Source: Lobosporangium transversale (Eukaryota). Taken from it: a DNA stretch of 64,000 nt. The notes below the pieces were generated by a model. That model searched no databases. It had not been told where the DNA came from and saw nothing but the letters and a program-made list of their open reading frames with translations. Position numbers and translations under genes: made by a program. Location: assembly GCF_002105155.1 (NCBI RefSeq), contig NW_019028989.1, forward strand, positions 62,001 through 126,000, in the 5' to 3' direction. This document shows positions 24,980 to 41,141 of the stretch, piece after piece; position 1 is the stretch's first letter; each line of letters starts with the position of its first letter.

Positions 24980-26167
24980 CGAGGCCAGAAGCAGACCTAA
25001 AAATACTATGATACAAAGGAGAGACCCAATGTTCTCCCTCTGTGACGAGTGGATGATGAAGACAATGATTAAAGTTGAGCTGAGTGAGATCAAATGAAGC
25101 AAGATCAGGTAGAAATTAAAAAAATAAAAAAAAAATAAAAAAAAGGATTCTGTCTGTTTGATCTATGTCCTTGACTTGATCTGATCTTTGCCTTGGTCTA
25201 GTTCTCAGTCACACCTTTTGTTGCTGTTTGCTTGTGTTCCAAAGTGTGATCTCCACAGATGTATTCGAGAGTGTGAATGTTTGGAGTAAAATGTGTAAAT
25301 CAGCTTAATAAAAAAAAGGAAAAAAAATCAGGCCGCTTTTAGTTCGGTACGGGACAGGACGAGGGAATCGAAAAAGGGAGAACCGTTGGGCGCGGTTTAT
25401 GGGGACTGGAAAGAGACTTGATCTTCTCAAGTGCTTTGTGGGAGGAGTGACTCCGTTTGCACCGTGCACGAAGAGAGAATGCGCAACCATTTATTTCGAC
25501 TGACTCGACCGTGTACTGCAGACAAAGCGAGGCAGTGTATCTGACAAAAACTTTATCAATTTCTAAATGGACGATCCTCAGAAACAGATATGCTTACAAG
25601 TCTAAAGGATTCAGGATCATTGCCTACTTGCAAATTCTGATACTATGCAACCGCAGAAATAATATATCGTGAACACAACAACAGATATATAGAAAGAGTT
25701 TCTCTTTACTTATTTAGCCTTCATTTTCATCACCACCAGTTTTGACACCAAGAATGTCAGTTTTATCGGATTTGATACTTTAATGTCATCGATACCCAAA
25801 ATCGACGCAACGGTGGCATTTTAAGCCTTCGGACCGATCAATAAATAGTGATAATTGCCATCTCCATGAAGCTCCTCAACCCTTATTGCGTAGTGTATGA
25901 CTTCCGTCATACTCGTCTAATTCTTTGGAATATTTTCTGGTTCCGAGTGACAAGAAGCATCTCAGAGTAACAGTTTTAATGCCTTATTGATCACACAAGG
26001 TGCAATGTAATTAGTAAATGATCCAAGCAAAGCCCCATGTATCATGTTTCTGATGTGTGGAGAATGTACAGCGTCTGTGAGCAGAGCCACAGAGGATGCA
26101 CTTAGTTCAATGATGTCAATATATATAATATAGCTTTTTATTCTTTTTTCATTGACAACGAATCAGC

Positions 26168-27781
26168 ATGCTAGAATCAATCTCGGACAAGAATAAACAC
26201 ATCGCCATCGGTGCAGCGCTCGGTGTCTTCTTTACACTCTCAACTACTGCCATCGTCCTTGCCACCCAAGGGACGTCGACGAATGCAACTCGTTATTCAC
26301 ATTCGAAGAGTAGCCGGCGGCGGTCCTCCATAGGTGAAAATCTCAATAGGATGATTGCATTGCCCAAGCCTGAAAAGAATACTATGATATGCGACGGCGT
26401 AGCAGGATTGATCGGTAATACACCCATGATGCGTATCAAGTCACTCAGCGAAGAGACAGGGTGTGAAATCCTTGCCAAAGCAGAGGTAAAAAGGAAAATA
26501 TGGGTGAATGAGTACAAAACAGCCTCTTTAACACCCTCCCAGACCAACTTACCTGCAATATATGATGGAATGACCCTGTCTTCTAGTTCTTGAACCCTGG
26601 GGGAAGCACCAAGGATCGTGTGGCACTCAGTATGATTAACACCGCTGAACGAGACCACGTTTTAACACCAGGAAACGGCTCCACCATCTTTGAAGGAACA
26701 GTTGGCTCCACGGGCATTTCGCTTGCCATGATTGCCAAAGCTCGTGGATACAATGCATGGATCGTCATGCCTGATGATGTTGCACAAGAGAAATCTCAGC
26801 TTCTGGAAAAGTTAGGAGCACATGTTGAAAAAGTACGGCCTGTTAGCATTGTGGACAAGAATCAATTTGTTAATTTGGCCAAAAGGCGGGCTCAAGAGTT
26901 TGGACAGGATAATCAAAGCCAAGAGGATGCACCGCAAGGAAGCCAGAAAAAGAAGGGTTTCTTTGCAGATCAATTTGAGAACTTGGCAAACTTTGAGGCA
27001 CATTTTACCACGACGGGGCCAGAAATTTACAAGCAGACACAAGGGAAAATTGATGCAATCGTGATGGGTGCAGGTAAGAGAGAGATGAGTAATACTGATC
27101 TGATATACTTGATTCATTACTGATGAAGACTGACTTCGCGGTTACTGACTTTGAATGAAAAACCTTACATGTAGGTACTGGTGGGACCCTCGCAGGTGTT
27201 GCGAAATACTTGAAGGCATTGCTTCCCAACCTAAGAACCTACCTTGCAGATCCTCAAGGTTCAGGGCTCTTTAATAAGGTCAAATACAACATTATGTACT
27301 CGTCCACCGAAAAGGAAGGCACGAGAAAGCGCCATCAGGTGGATACTGTAGTCGAGGGTGTAGGAATTAATCGCCTGACACGCAATTTTGCTCAATCAGA
27401 GGGGTTTATCGACGATGCTGTCCGGGTGACGGATCAAGAGGCGATAGACATGGCTAGGTTTCTAGTCCATCGAGAAGGGCTGTTCATTGGGTCGTCCTCA
27501 GCAATCAACTGCGTGGCTGCTGTCCGGATTGCTCGAGAGCTAGGCCCTGGTCACACTATCGTTACACTTCTTTGTGATTCCGGCCAGCGGCATTTGACCA
27601 AGTTCTGGTATGAAACCTCACTATTCTTGTGAAAGATATCATGTCATTGTAATTGATGAAAGATTGGTCTTTTAACATTTTAATTTTATGATGATCATCA
27701 TTTCATAGGAATGACGAATACTTGGCAAAACATGGTCTGGTAGTCAAAGATGTGGTTGATAACCTGGATTTTATTGTGTAG
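26168..27781 (+). CDS. PLP-dependent cysteine synthase-like protein (MCY1/Cys12 type, N-terminal TM anchor), 4 exons
   Basis: IGNTPM, NPGGSTKDR (PLP Lys), GSTGIS, DQFEN, GAGTGGT, EGVG and CDSG motifs. Final exon ends with TAG at 27779-27781. Confidence 0.93.
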
Positions 27782-27888
27782 GCTAGAATACATGTGAAAG
27801 ACAGAGACATAAATATGTATCATCGTCATCTTTTTGATCCTTATAATGTTTACTATATTATATGAATTATGAATAAGATGGGCAACCC

Positions 27889-29323
27889 TTATTCAACAGT
27901 GATATCCTTGACTGGAACCATTTCGAACTGGAACGCCATAAACACCACAGATGAGTCCGCAGTCTTGAGGATATATGTCAATGGCTGAAAAGCAAAAATA
28001 AGGAAAGTAAAGGTGAAAAGAAGAGTGCTGGTTAGTGGTTGACCAAAACGATCTGCTTATATCCTTCAAAGCTTACGAAAAAAAAAAAAAAAAAAAAAAA
28101 ACCTGCCTGTCCATCCCAGTACTTGGTGATATCGACACTAAATCCCGGAACTTTAAGAGTAAAATGAGCAAAGTCCAAGTAAGGATTGAAGAAATCAAAT
28201 CCATATACATGGTCGGGGCGATATCTGTGTTTGGTCAGATTAACCTCGCGTGCAAAATACGATCTCCTGGCAGAACTGGTCATATTATGAGGAGTTGACT
28301 CTGTCAGTTTGCTTCCAGATCTTGTTTCAACTAGTTCCTCTTTATCTTCGCCGCTATTAGCATCTTCCTGCCTTTGCTGCTCCTCTTGCTCCTTTCTCTT
28401 TTGTTGTTCTTCCTCTTGCTTCTTAAGATTGTCCTTTTGGAAAAGGATGTTGGTATCCTCTACAATATGCTCGCCTTCTGGCGAAGGCCATGGAGGGAGT
28501 TCATTTTCAAGACGCTCTTTGGCCTTGTCTCCTCCACTTTGCTCAACCCTCTGCTGGGCGGCGGGATCAATGTGCCAGCCCGCAACATTGATTGTATTCA
28601 TCGTAGCGATCAATGGGCTGAACGCCCAGGGTCGCTCGCAATAGATGTCGGCTTTGAGTCCTGGATCGATGAACTGAACGAACTTGAGGGCAATAGATGA
28701 GAAAGGTGGAAGTTTCAAGGGCCTTTCAAATTGGTTCTAGATGTCATAATTGGGTGGAGATTATGTTCAGCACAAGAAAATTAGGTCTTGATGGTAATTG
28801 TTGATTGTTCATGAGAATATTGCCATGATACTGGTATGACGCCAAGATTATTGAGGCATTTGGGAAGGAAGAGAAATTGATGACCTTCAGTTTTGTCAGA
28901 GTATACAGACAACGGGAGCATTACTGCATCACCGCTCATCCCTCCTTGCCTCCCCTGGGAGCTGTGTATAAATACAAAGATTTATGATTGAGGACTTACT
29001 CCAAAGACGATTTGATCGCCAGGCCATTCACGCTTGAATCTACCAGAGATCTGGATGGAACTCAAGTTGTTGTCCCCACCTGGCTTAGTGAACCAAGGAC
29101 TATCAGACATCGTCTTGAGGCCATCTTCGGCTTGTCCATCTGCATAACCATAAGTTTTATCAAGGCCACGGATGCGCACGACAATCTGGCCGATAAACTC
29201 GTCCGATTCAATCAGCAAAGGATTTGCGTCGTCGTTGACCGTAATGAGCTTAAGGTCCTTTGGATCTGCGCTTGGTCCAGCAGAGACGCGCAACCTAAAT
29301 CGAGTAGGTGTATATGGGGACAT
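27889..29323 (-). CDS. DUF1769 family protein, 3 exons
   Basis: LRVSAGPS, SIQISGRF, DQIVFG/NQFERPLKLPP, IDPGL...PWAFSPL, FDFFNPYLDF and YWDGQ/PLTYILK motifs. Confidence 0.85.
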
Positions 29324-29634
29324 TTATAGCTTTGTTTTGTAATGTGAAGGGTGCTATGTATTGAAGAAGAGTGGGTTTGACAAAAAAAAAAGGAAAAAAA
29401 AGAGGTGAATTAAGAGCGAATAAAAGAAATTAAGAGAATGATATCATTGTTCAGCAACGGTCACAGTCCCGTGCGATTCAATTGTCTACCTGACACTTGG
29501 CACTTGGCACTGTGAGAAACTTCAGTGTGTGCTCCATCCTCCTGTGCTCATTTCTCATTGGCATTCAAATCCCTTCCTTTCATCACCTTACCTACCCTCC
29601 ACTCAAATAAGAATTATCTTCATTTGTCCGTACC

Positions 29635-32600
29635 ATGTCACAGTCTCCTATGATTGCTGTACCTCTGAAGAGGACAGACGAAGTCGACTGGGTGACACCA
29701 CTCAAGAGATATATCGCCCTCTCCTATCAAGACGATCCCGAAAAATATGCAGAAGAGTGTGGAACTATTCATCGTCTGCGTCAGGATATGCGTGGCGCAG
29801 GAAATGATATCACTGGCAGAGATGTGCTCTATCGCTATTTTGGCCAGCTCGAAATCCTTGACCTGCGCTTTCCTGTCGACGAAGCCCATATCAAAATTGG
29901 TTTCATGTGGTACGTATTGAATAGCTATGCTTTGTTCCATATTTCCCTTGATACGAAAGAGGAATGAGCATGAATTTGGTGTCATGCAAGTGTCTGCGTT
30001 TATGGTCGCGTCTGTTACGTGTTTATGTCTAGTCGCCATAATGTAGGAAAAAAAAGTCTTGGCAGCACTTTTGTCTGATGTGTGTAATTGTATCTCTAGG
30101 TACGATGCGTTTACACAGAGACCAACATCGCAGTTTTCACTCGCCTTTGAGAAAGCTAGCACCATATTCAATATTGCATCCGTATTATCTGCTATTGCGG
30201 CCTCACAGACAAGGGTCAATGAGCCAGAAGGTGTCAGAAAAGCTTTTCATTTCTTTCAAGCTGCAGCAGGAATTTACACCTACATCAACGAGAACTTTTT
30301 ACATGCGCCTTCAATTGACTTGAGTCGGGATACAGTCAAGATGCTCGTGTCTCTAATGCTGGCCCAAGCGCAGGAAGTCTCATGGGAGAAAGCATATGCA
30401 GAGAAGAAGAAATCTCTCCTTATCTCTAAACTAGCCGCCCAAGTTGCTTGGAGTTACAACGCTACACTCGAGGCTATGGCTGATGGTGTATCCAAGCAGA
30501 TTTTCGACAAGAACTGGCAAACTCTTTGTCAGGTATTGTATTATGTTCTTCAGGGTCTTGTCGTTAAACTTGTGATACAATACATGCTTACACTTTTATC
30601 TAATATATCATATACTTTTTTTATTTTATTTTATTTTTTATTTTTTTTATGTCATTGTAGATCAAGGCCAAGATGTTTACCGCTATCGCTCAGCACTACC
30701 GAGCATTGGCAGCAGAGAATGATTCAAAGTGGGGTGAGATGGTTTCGAGGATTCAAATTGCAGAGACAGCTATCAAAGAAGCAGAGAAACAAGCAAAATC
30801 ATTTACTTCGGGTTTCACCCAAAGCTCCCATCCAACAGTGACGCTTACACAGGAGGCAGTTAGCTCTATTCATGAAATCACAAAATCACACCTTGCAATC
30901 ATCTCAGAGAAGAAGACATCTGCTGTCCGTGATAACGACATGATCTATCATGAAGCTGTGCCTAGCGAAGGTTCTCTTGGACAACTCGAAAAACTGAACG
31001 CAACAAAGCCATTGCCCATCTCGGAACTCTACTCCCAAAGTGAGATGCAGAAAGTGATTGGTCCAGATACTTTTCAGCGTCTTATCCCATTATCTGTCCA
31101 TGAATCGTCAAGTCTGTACTCTGAGGAAAAGGCTAAGCTGGTCCGAGCGGAGGCTGAAAGATGTGAAACCGCAAACCAAGAATTAGCAAGCGCGCTCGAG
31201 TTTATGAATCTTCCTGCAGGCCTTGAAAAGTTCAAAAATCGAGCCAATGATGGTCAGAATGCTACACTTGACGCTCTAGCTGTCCCACCTAACCCTGTGA
31301 AGGAGCTCGCTGATTTTATTCAGAATGAGGAATTGGGTGAATCTATTGCAAATTTGATTGCGTCGCTGGACCGCATCAAATCAGGGACGCGAGATGCATT
31401 GGAGAATGCCAATCTGTCGCTGGATGAAGAGCGAAGTCAATGCGAAGCTCTGAGGGTACGGAAGTTGTTATCAGGACCATAAGCTTTGTATATTTTCCTA
31501 GTGGGCTTTGCTGCTAATCATAGCTCGATTAATTTCTCATAACCTATTGTAGGCTAAATATACCGATCTTTGGACACAACGGCCCTCGGGACCATTGACA
31601 CAAGTTTTTCGTACCGACTCGAAGGCATTGTTCGAATCACTTGACAAAGCCGCAGTATCCGACCAGAACCTTTACCGATCTTTTGATCAGATTGCTAATA
31701 ACGTCATGGTACTACGCGAAGGACGTGATGGTGCAGCTCTAGAACAGCTATTTGCTAGAATTGTAGTTGAAGCTAGCAAGAACAGGAAGAGTTTAGTAAA
31801 ATCGAACAATAGTCTGTTAGACGTGGAGGATAGCGGCGAGAGTGAAGCCATTCTGAAGACTGTTTCCAAAGTTGAGGATGTGATTGCCAAGCTCAAGAAA
31901 CTGAGGCAGGAACGTATGGATACCCTTGAAGACCTGAAGATAAAGGTATTGTCAATTTCTAGCAACATCGATGCTTGATAAAGGCGTTAGATGGCTTCTG
32001 ACGCTGTTTGTTTCTCCAAATTAGACTCAACAAGACGATATCTCAAATCTTCTGATTTTGAACAGGAAAAGTTCAGGCATTGAGCCCCAGTTATTTGCTC
32101 AGGAGCTGGAGAAGTTTAGACCCCACCAGACAAGAGTGACGGCGACGATTCATCACCAACAAGCCTTGATGCAGGAGCTCACTATGCACTACAAAGACCT
32201 CATGAATGGTCAAGAAGCACGTAGCCTTCAGGAAATTTGGGATATCGCAGAGAAGAAGCGACAAAGTTTGGCGGATCAGTTGCTGAAGACTAGAGGGTCA
32301 TACACAGACGTCAAAGTTGGATATAAGAAGGGCATTCGTTTCTATGAAGATCTAAATGCGCAGGTGCAGGATCTCGTTAAGGCTGTGGATCAATTCTGTC
32401 GTGCTAGAAAGGAGGAGCGCGGCATGCTTGAGCAACAAGTGATGACGACCCAATCTGAGCGCGAATCAAAGGCGTTGAAAGATCAATTGTCTAGATTCGA
32501 AAGCGTGTCTTCACCATCGACAAACGCGCTGCCAATAGACGCACTTGCAAATTTGAACCTTGGTGGAGCGTCGCGTGCTCAAATGCCGGCCCCAATGGCC

Positions 32601-33716
32601 CCAATGGCCCCAATGACCCCAATGAATCCACACGTAGCCGCGGCATCCCAATGGACCCCCACAGCAACGGCTCCTGCTCCTGCTTCTGCAGCTTATACGC
32701 CTATGAGTGCTCAGCCGACTGCTCCTTCTTTCGCACCACAATCTCAACAATCAACACCTCAACAGGCACATACAATGGTTATTCCCAACACAGGACCTTT
32801 TGCCCTGCCCTCGCCTCAAGTGTCTAGTCAGCCACCTCCTCTACAGCAGCCACTACAGCGCCAGTCAAGTTATTCAATTCCGAACCCACCTTCCCAGCAG
32901 CAGCAGCAGCGTCCTTATTCCCTTCAACAACAGTTCTCACAGCCACAGTTGCAGTCTCCAATGCAGCAGCCTCTAGTACAGCAGTCTCCAATGCAGCAGC
33001 AACAACAGCAGCCATATCAGACTCAGCCATCTATTCCTAGTACTCCTCAATATCAACCACAGTCTCAGTTCCAACAACAACCCCAATACCAGCAGCAGCA
33101 GCAACAGCTCCAGTATCAGCAACAACTTCCCGCAAGCAGCTCTGGCTACCAGCAGCAGCAGCCGACTCCTGTTAATTCTGGCTATCGACAGCCTATGATG
33201 GCACAAGGTCAATATCAACAACCCATACAGCATCAATATCAGCAACAGCAGCAACCTATTCAGCAGAATATGCAATTGCCGTACCAGTCTACGTCACAAC
33301 AGTTCCAGCAGCCAATACAGCAACAGCCATTCCAGCAGCAACCATACCTACAACAGCAGCAACAGTCACAGCAATCATTGTATCAGCAGCAACAACCAAT
33401 CCAACAGCAGTTACAGTCACCCGGACAGTTCCAGCAACCTGGCTATAATGCGTATTCTGGAACATCATCCCCTTCTCAACAGTACCAACAACAGCAACCA
33501 ATGCAGCCACTGCAGCCGGTTTATCAGCAACAGCAGCCAGTTCAGCCATTACAACCGCAGCAACCACAACAACAACCATTACAGCCGCAACAGCAGTCGT
33601 ACCATGGAGGATACCAGCAGGGACCTGTCCATCAACAACAGCAGCAGCAGCAGTTTCCACAAGGAGGCTATGCGCCAATCCAACCCACGACATATCAGAA
33701 TTCACTCCTTGATTAA
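29635..33716 (+). CDS. BRO1: Vacuolar protein sorting Bro1/ALIX (Bro1 domain, V domain, P/Q-rich tail), multi-exon
   Basis: YRYFGQLEILDLRFP, SLAFEKAS, DNDMIYHE, LIPLSVHESSSLYSEEKAKLVR and GIRFY motifs. Confidence 0.95.
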
Positions 33717-34450
33717 AGAAAGATAAAATAAAAATAAATAAAAAAAACGTAAAATAAGACGTAATTTTATACGTGTAGGTGACTGACATTGAGTGGTACC
33801 ATAAAAAGTGATTTGGTGGCTAAATCACCAGGTTGCTAACCCATTCAAGGATATTCAACTTTAAGAGGTTGACACTAAATGAATGGCGACTATCATATTG
33901 TTGGTGGGAGATACGACCTTTAATTGGTTTGTGAAGCTGGTCACTTCCAGTTACAGAGGTAGAGAAATCTTGAACGAATATTAATATATATAATTGTACA
34001 ACACAAAAGACTGAGTGAGAACATTCAGTTCTCAGATGGCTCTGTTGAACAAAAGAAGGAACAAAGAGCCAGAGGTGGCGATTCCCACGTGACCAGAGTA
34101 AGTCTTTAAATTGTATGTTGTCTGATCTTTAGTACAGCCAATCAGAATTGCTTATGCAACAGGGCAATTCGAAGGCAGACAATTTGAAAGTCATGGCTGG
34201 GGATTTAACACGGAAAAAATAAGATAGCAGCTGAACAGATCAAGCAAGCAAGGAACAAATGGCTGGCGGGGCATGGCCTGATATCATTATCTAAGAGCGA
34301 GAAAAACAATCCCCGCACTTTACTGAAATCAAATAGCATAGCGGCTCTTTCTTTTTTTTCTCTTCTTTTTTCTCTTTTCTCATTTACCTTCTCATTTCCT
34401 ACATTCAACCCCATCTTCATCTCTTTACATCATTACTTTTGCTCAAAAAG

Positions 34451-36143
<1,693 letters not shown>

Positions 36144-36293
36144 AAGAAAAAAAACCCCCCCTCCCGCTTTTTGTACAACTCACTCATTCCTTCATCCAAC
36201 CGAGTATAGAAATAAAAGTAAAAAAAACACGTATTTAAATTTTCATTTTTATACAATTTGATTAATAAATTTATTAACATGAATATATATTAA

Positions 36294-39128
36294 TCAAGGT
36301 TGATGATCATCTTCATCCGAAAGATTGGATAGCTGGATATATCGACTCATAGTCGTCGGAGTATTTGTGTGAGGTGATTGTGGTGGAAGAGGAATCGGAA
36401 TCGGAACATTGGTCGCACCGGTCGATAATGCACTGTCATCTACTATCATCGATCTCTTCTTCCTCTTCTTGCTTGGAGTATATAATCCAGGATGATTTTG
36501 ATGAGGTGCTGTTGTATCCTCAGGAGTAGTTATGGTATCAATAGTGGCAGAGTTACGCCTCGACAATGATCTAACATCATGGCTGCCAAGACCTGAAAAG
36601 CTTTCAGAGACTCCGCAATTGCCAGAAGGTCTAGGCTGTTCTTGTTTCTGTTGTTGCTGACGGGATATGTCTGACGTATATGACGTGGAACCAAGTGCAG
36701 CCGCAGCAGTCCCAAGATCATCGGTAGGCCGACGTTGCTGCGATGGCCATGATTGCGGTGATTGCTGTGATTGCTGTGGTTGCTGTGATTGCTGTGGCTG
36801 TTGGTGTTGTCGATGTTTTGCTGGGCTGGCTGGAATGATATTAATGAGTGGTTGGTTTTCCTTGGAGCGCACTTCTGGCACAGGTCGCCTTGGTGAATCA
36901 CCGTTAAAAGCTATTGTCCTTAACAGACTTGGCGCCGGTGCCGTCATCGTGTGCTCTCCTTCTTCCTCATTCTCGTTTACCTTCCCTTTCCCCTTCTCCT
37001 TCTCCTTCTGCGGACCTGTTCTTGAACTAGTAGAGACTGCTGTATTCGCCTCCTCTTTATACCCATGCCCATTTGAACTGCTCGAGGGTGAAGACAATCC
37101 ATCCAATAAAGATGAATGGCGTCGCAGTTGTCTTTTTGCCGCAGCCTCCTCCGCCTCGCGTGCCGCATTCCTGGCCAGTGTTTCGTCATCATCTTTCTCC
37201 CATGCCTCTAATGATGGATTGAATACAAATGTTCCCTCGGCAACGGCGTTCTTACTTTCATCTCGCTTGATGCCCCAGTAATCTTCCTGCTGGCGTTGCT
37301 TTAATTGAGTTTGTCGAAGTTTGATTAATGGTTTAACACCGATGTGGCCGTCTTCATCATCCCTTGCATCGCCATCTTCACCACTAGTAAAGGAAGTTTT
37401 TGAATTATATGGATCACCGATACTCTTCATTGATGTACTTCGGAATGTGAATTCTGAAGATGGGAAAGTAATTGCTGAAGAGGGAAAAGGTGGTCGCTTG
37501 GATGCTTTTGGTCTGACGGATCTCTGGAATCGACCCCAATTCAGTGGTGGAAAGAGAGGATCTGTTTGAGGTTGATCCCGCAGTGGATCGATATCGCTGC
37601 TTTGATTAACTATCACACTTTGTGAACGGCTGTTATCTTCATTTTTAGGTTGAGTTCGATGCGTTGATGGTTGAGGTTGTGAAGTGGATGGAATTGTGTC
37701 CTTTGGTTGTGGGTATATTCTATCATTATTGAGGTAGCGGTGAGACTCCAGTGCCTCCTCTCCATTATGCCTCTTCAAACTACCCTTAGGTGTGAGCTGA
37801 TGGTGTGCTTTCCGCTTACGTGACGCATGGGAACTATATGCTGTTGCTGCTTCGGGATGTTCATTATCACTCGTATTCGTCATCTGATGCGAGAGCCCTG
37901 TTGTTGGTGGGCGTTGTCGATGTTGATCTGTACGAGCATTTGCACTCAAGATTTCAGATCGTGTGCTTAATGGTGGGGAGACCAAGGATGGATTTCTTTC
38001 CTTGAGCCAATCGTGAACATGCTTCATTCTAGATTCAAGACTAACAGACCCTAGTCCTGTATTTCGCTCCATTCTTTCTTGTTTATTCACTGGAAGTGGT
38101 GTTGTCATTGAGCTGTGCTTCCATGATTCCCGACTATCATGTTGTCGTGGAGTTAGAGTTGACGAAGGAGCAACAGATGTTGGTCGCTGGCGTGGATCAA
38201 TGACTTCTCGACGAGCTTTGGCTGGCGTCTTTGGCATAGCAAGCGGCGTCAGACGTTGTGGTTCAGCAGTGTTGGCACCATCTTGATTTCTTTGATACTT
38301 TTTTGTTGTTATGGGCTCTTTGTCTTCAAGTTGTTCAATCTCAACAAAGGATCGATGTCGTTTGTTTTGTCTCAATGGACCTTCCTTGTTAGAATGAAGA
38401 TTAGGGGAATTTAAATATTTTTGGTCAAGAGACCTGCGTCTTGCCCTCTGGTGCCTGGGTATTGACCTTTTCAACAAAGGTTCCGATGCCATGGCTGATA
38501 AAGGCCGTTTCCGACTAGATTGCTCATTCCCGAATTGATAAATAGGATCTGTTTGGTTTCTTCTCAAATGAGGAGGCGAACTTTGTTCAATAAATGATGG
38601 CAAAACTGTGCTCACTGCTGAGGTAGGAACCCTTGCTTTCCCTGTCACAGATGCACTCCTCATTGATGTTGATGACAATTGCGGGTTTGAGACTTTGAAT
38701 GGATTTGGCAGTATAGAAGTCGAATGGGCACCAAGGTCTACATCCTTTGACATATGGGGTAATGGTTGTTGCCGTATTCTGCTGTTCATTGCGGCTGGTG
38801 TTAGTGGATCAACGTAATCATCAACAAAAGAAGTTATAGACCTTGACCGTCTCCTTTCCAGATCGCGTTTAAATCTGCCAAAATCCAGATTAGCTGCTGT
38901 TGAGGAGGCGGCAGATGTTGATGCTTGCGCTTTTGTCTCGTTTGGTCTTACAGTATTATGTCGTTGAGTATACGCCACAGGCGGCGATTGTCCACTACCA
39001 AAAGCCGATAAACTGCGGATATCGCCACGATTGGTGAGTGCACTAGTTTTAGAAGGTCCATGTCGAGAATGATGAGGAACAGAGGAGGATTGTGGCTCCT
39101 GCCATGTACTATGGGTTTCAACATAATC
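36294..39128 (-). CDS. Hypothetical low-complexity (likely disordered) protein; 5' end uncertain
   Basis: Open frame of more than 890 codons, rich in S/R/P/Q. No domain recognised. Confidence 0.7.
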   Translation of the reverse strand, partial: DYVETHSTWQEPQSSSVPHHSRHGPSKTSALTNRGDIRSLSAFGSGQSPPVAYTQRHNTVRPNETKAQASTSAASSTAANLDFGRFKRDLERRRSRSITSFVDDYVDPLTPAAMNSRIRQQPLPHMSKDVDLGAHSTSILPNPFKVSNPQLSSTSMRSASVTGKARVPTSAVSTVLPSFIEQSSPPHLRRNQTDPIYQFGNEQSSRKRPLSAMASEPLLKRSIPRHQRARRRSLDQKYLNSPNLHSNKEGPLRQNKRHRSFVEIEQLEDKEPITTKKYQRNQDGANTAEPQRLTPLAMPKTPAKARREVIDPRQRPTSVAPSSTLTPRQHDSRESWKHSSMTTPLPVNKQERMERNTGLGSVSLESRMKHVHDWLKERNPSLVSPPLSTRSEILSANARTDQHRQRPPTTGLSHQMTNTSDNEHPEAATAYSSHASRKRKAHHQLTPKGSLKRHNGEEALESHRYLNNDRIYPQPKDTIPSTSQPQPSTHRTQPKNEDNSRSQSVIVNQSSDIDPLRDQPQTDPLFPPLNWGRFQRSVRPKASKRPPFPSSAITFPSSEFTFRSTSMKSIGDPYNSKTSFTSGEDGDARDDEDGHIGVKPLIKLRQTQLKQRQQEDYWGIKRDESKNAVAEGTFVFNPSLEAWEKDDDETLARNAAREAEEAAAKRQLRRHSSLLDGLSSPSSSSNGHGYKEEANTAVSTSSRTGPQKEKEKGKGKVNENEEEGEHTMTAPAPSLLRTIAFNGDSPRRPVPEVRSKENQPLINIIPASPAKHRQHQQPQQSQQPQQSQQSPQSWPSQQRRPTDDLGTAAAALGSTSYTSDISRQQQQKQEQPRPSGNCGVSESFSGLGSHDVRSLSRRNSATIDTITTPEDTTAPHQNHPGLYTPSKKRKKRSMIVDDSALSTGATNVPIPIPLPPQSPHTNTPTTMSRYIQLSNLSDEDDHQP

Positions 39129-39241
39129 TGTTGGTTTTGATAGGTAAAAATGTGCTAGTAATAACCATCCTGCAACTATGACCTTGGAACTTTCGTATAA
39201 AGGGATCCTACATGAATTGTTAGGACGATAACAGGTTCATG

Positions 39242-39272
<31 letters not shown>

Positions 39273-39859
39273 GAAGCGCGTCAGATTTGCTCTATAGTAG
39301 ACACCTGTAAGTTGTACAGTGGCAAGTATGAAAGCGTAATCTTTACTGTTGACTGAGAACTGAATCAGCGATGGGTTCAATCGAGAGCCCTGCTAGAGTC
39401 AAGAGCCAGAGGAAGAGATGTCTCCTTGCCTGGCTTCTATCTGAAGGATCGATCACAGCCTTCCATGTCTTGAATGATGAGATGGTGATGCTTTTTTTTT
39501 TTTTTTTTTTTTTTTTTTTTCAAGTGAGAATGTATACCAATACAATTCAGTTGCGTCAGTGTTATTTTACTCATCATCATTTATTGCAGAGTAATAAGAT
39601 TGAGCAACACATCAGTAAGCGTGCAATTACCAAGCGAGACGCAAGGTGTGATATAGCATTCGGTTATTAGAGAATAAAAAGTTTGGTTTCTGGAGTGTCT
39701 GTTTCAAAGTTGTTTTTTCTCCCCTCTTAAGAATAAAATCAAAGAAAAAAATTTTCGCGTTTCTCAGAAACAGCATCTGCGCGTGATTATAGGCTGCTGA
39801 TGATATTGAAAAACATTTTATTTTCATGTTTCACAGGAATGTCACTCTAACTCGCTAGT

Positions 39860-41108
39860 TCATAAAGTGAATGGGGCTGAAAGATGAGATTCAAAATCTT
39901 GGTCGTTCTCCAAGTCTCCAAAATGCTTCAATAACGAAATACGTAAGCGGTAGGTCTGTTCCTTTGGTGCATCCACCACAGTCAAAGTAGATCCTTCAGC
40001 CTTCAATATTTGACCATCCCATCCCATCACCTGGAATGCGTTGCCCTCTATTTGGTCATTCCGAGGTATATACCGAGCAACACCATTCTTGAGGATGCCA
40101 TAGCTCTTGACTTGGTAAGGATCATCTCCTTCCGCCGCTACTAAATCCAGCACCAAGACCTTGCTTGCAGTAATCATACGGAACACTATCTTCATTGCGT
40201 TTTGGATTTGAACTGGGCGGGCTAGTGCATTGGGGTCTTTAGCAGTGTCAGCATTGGGCTCAGAATTGATTCTATGACTGATGGATCCTGCGGCTTCAAC
40301 TTTTGTAGGACCCGATCCTGAATGGCCATGTTTTTTCGTAGTACTCCTGGCCCGAAGTTGGCGTCCTTGAGGATCAAACAGACGGAGCCCAAAGGTGTGA
40401 TCGAGAACATTGACTGTCTTGTAGTCACCCTGCATGCCCATATAAGGAACATGTATCGAATGCAAGTCGGCACTGCTAGTTTTGGGTTTGAAGCGGACAA
40501 ATCCAGAATAAACGACATACTTTAAAGGGTCCGTATCAGGGCCTGTGAACTTGAGGTCGACCGTGACGGAAGAACCAGGTGGGACTGTGACAGATTTCTG
40601 CGCAATTTTGGCAGAGGCTTCAGCTCGGATGTGCTGTGGCGACTTTTCGACCATCATATTCTTGTCGAAAGGTAAGAGCCCAGCTGCTGGAAGGATCTCT
40701 ACTTCGTACTCTAGAGGAGACTTCCCATTGTTGCGGATTGTGATTACTTGATTTGAGTTCATGTTAACTGTGTCATTAAGAGAGATAAAGGACGGTGTGA
40801 CCTCGACCTGACTCTTGAAAACATTCATCATGTTCAGAAGACCGGCCCCTTGCTGGGTGACTGGGGCATAGCCCTTGAATCCTGTCTGCTGCTGTCGCGG
40901 CTGGGCACTATTCTGCAAAGCAGCCTTGATGCTTTCAGCTGATCGTTCTGCATCAGGAAGGCCCTCTAAATACAGAGCAACACATCCTACTACATATGGT
41001 GTAGCCATTGAAGTGCCCGAAAGTGAAGCAAATGAGCCAAGCTATTTGTATTATACAAAATATTAAACATACTGGAGTTTCTCAATAAACAGGAAATATA
41101 ACCAAGAC

Positions 41109-41141
<33 letters not shown>
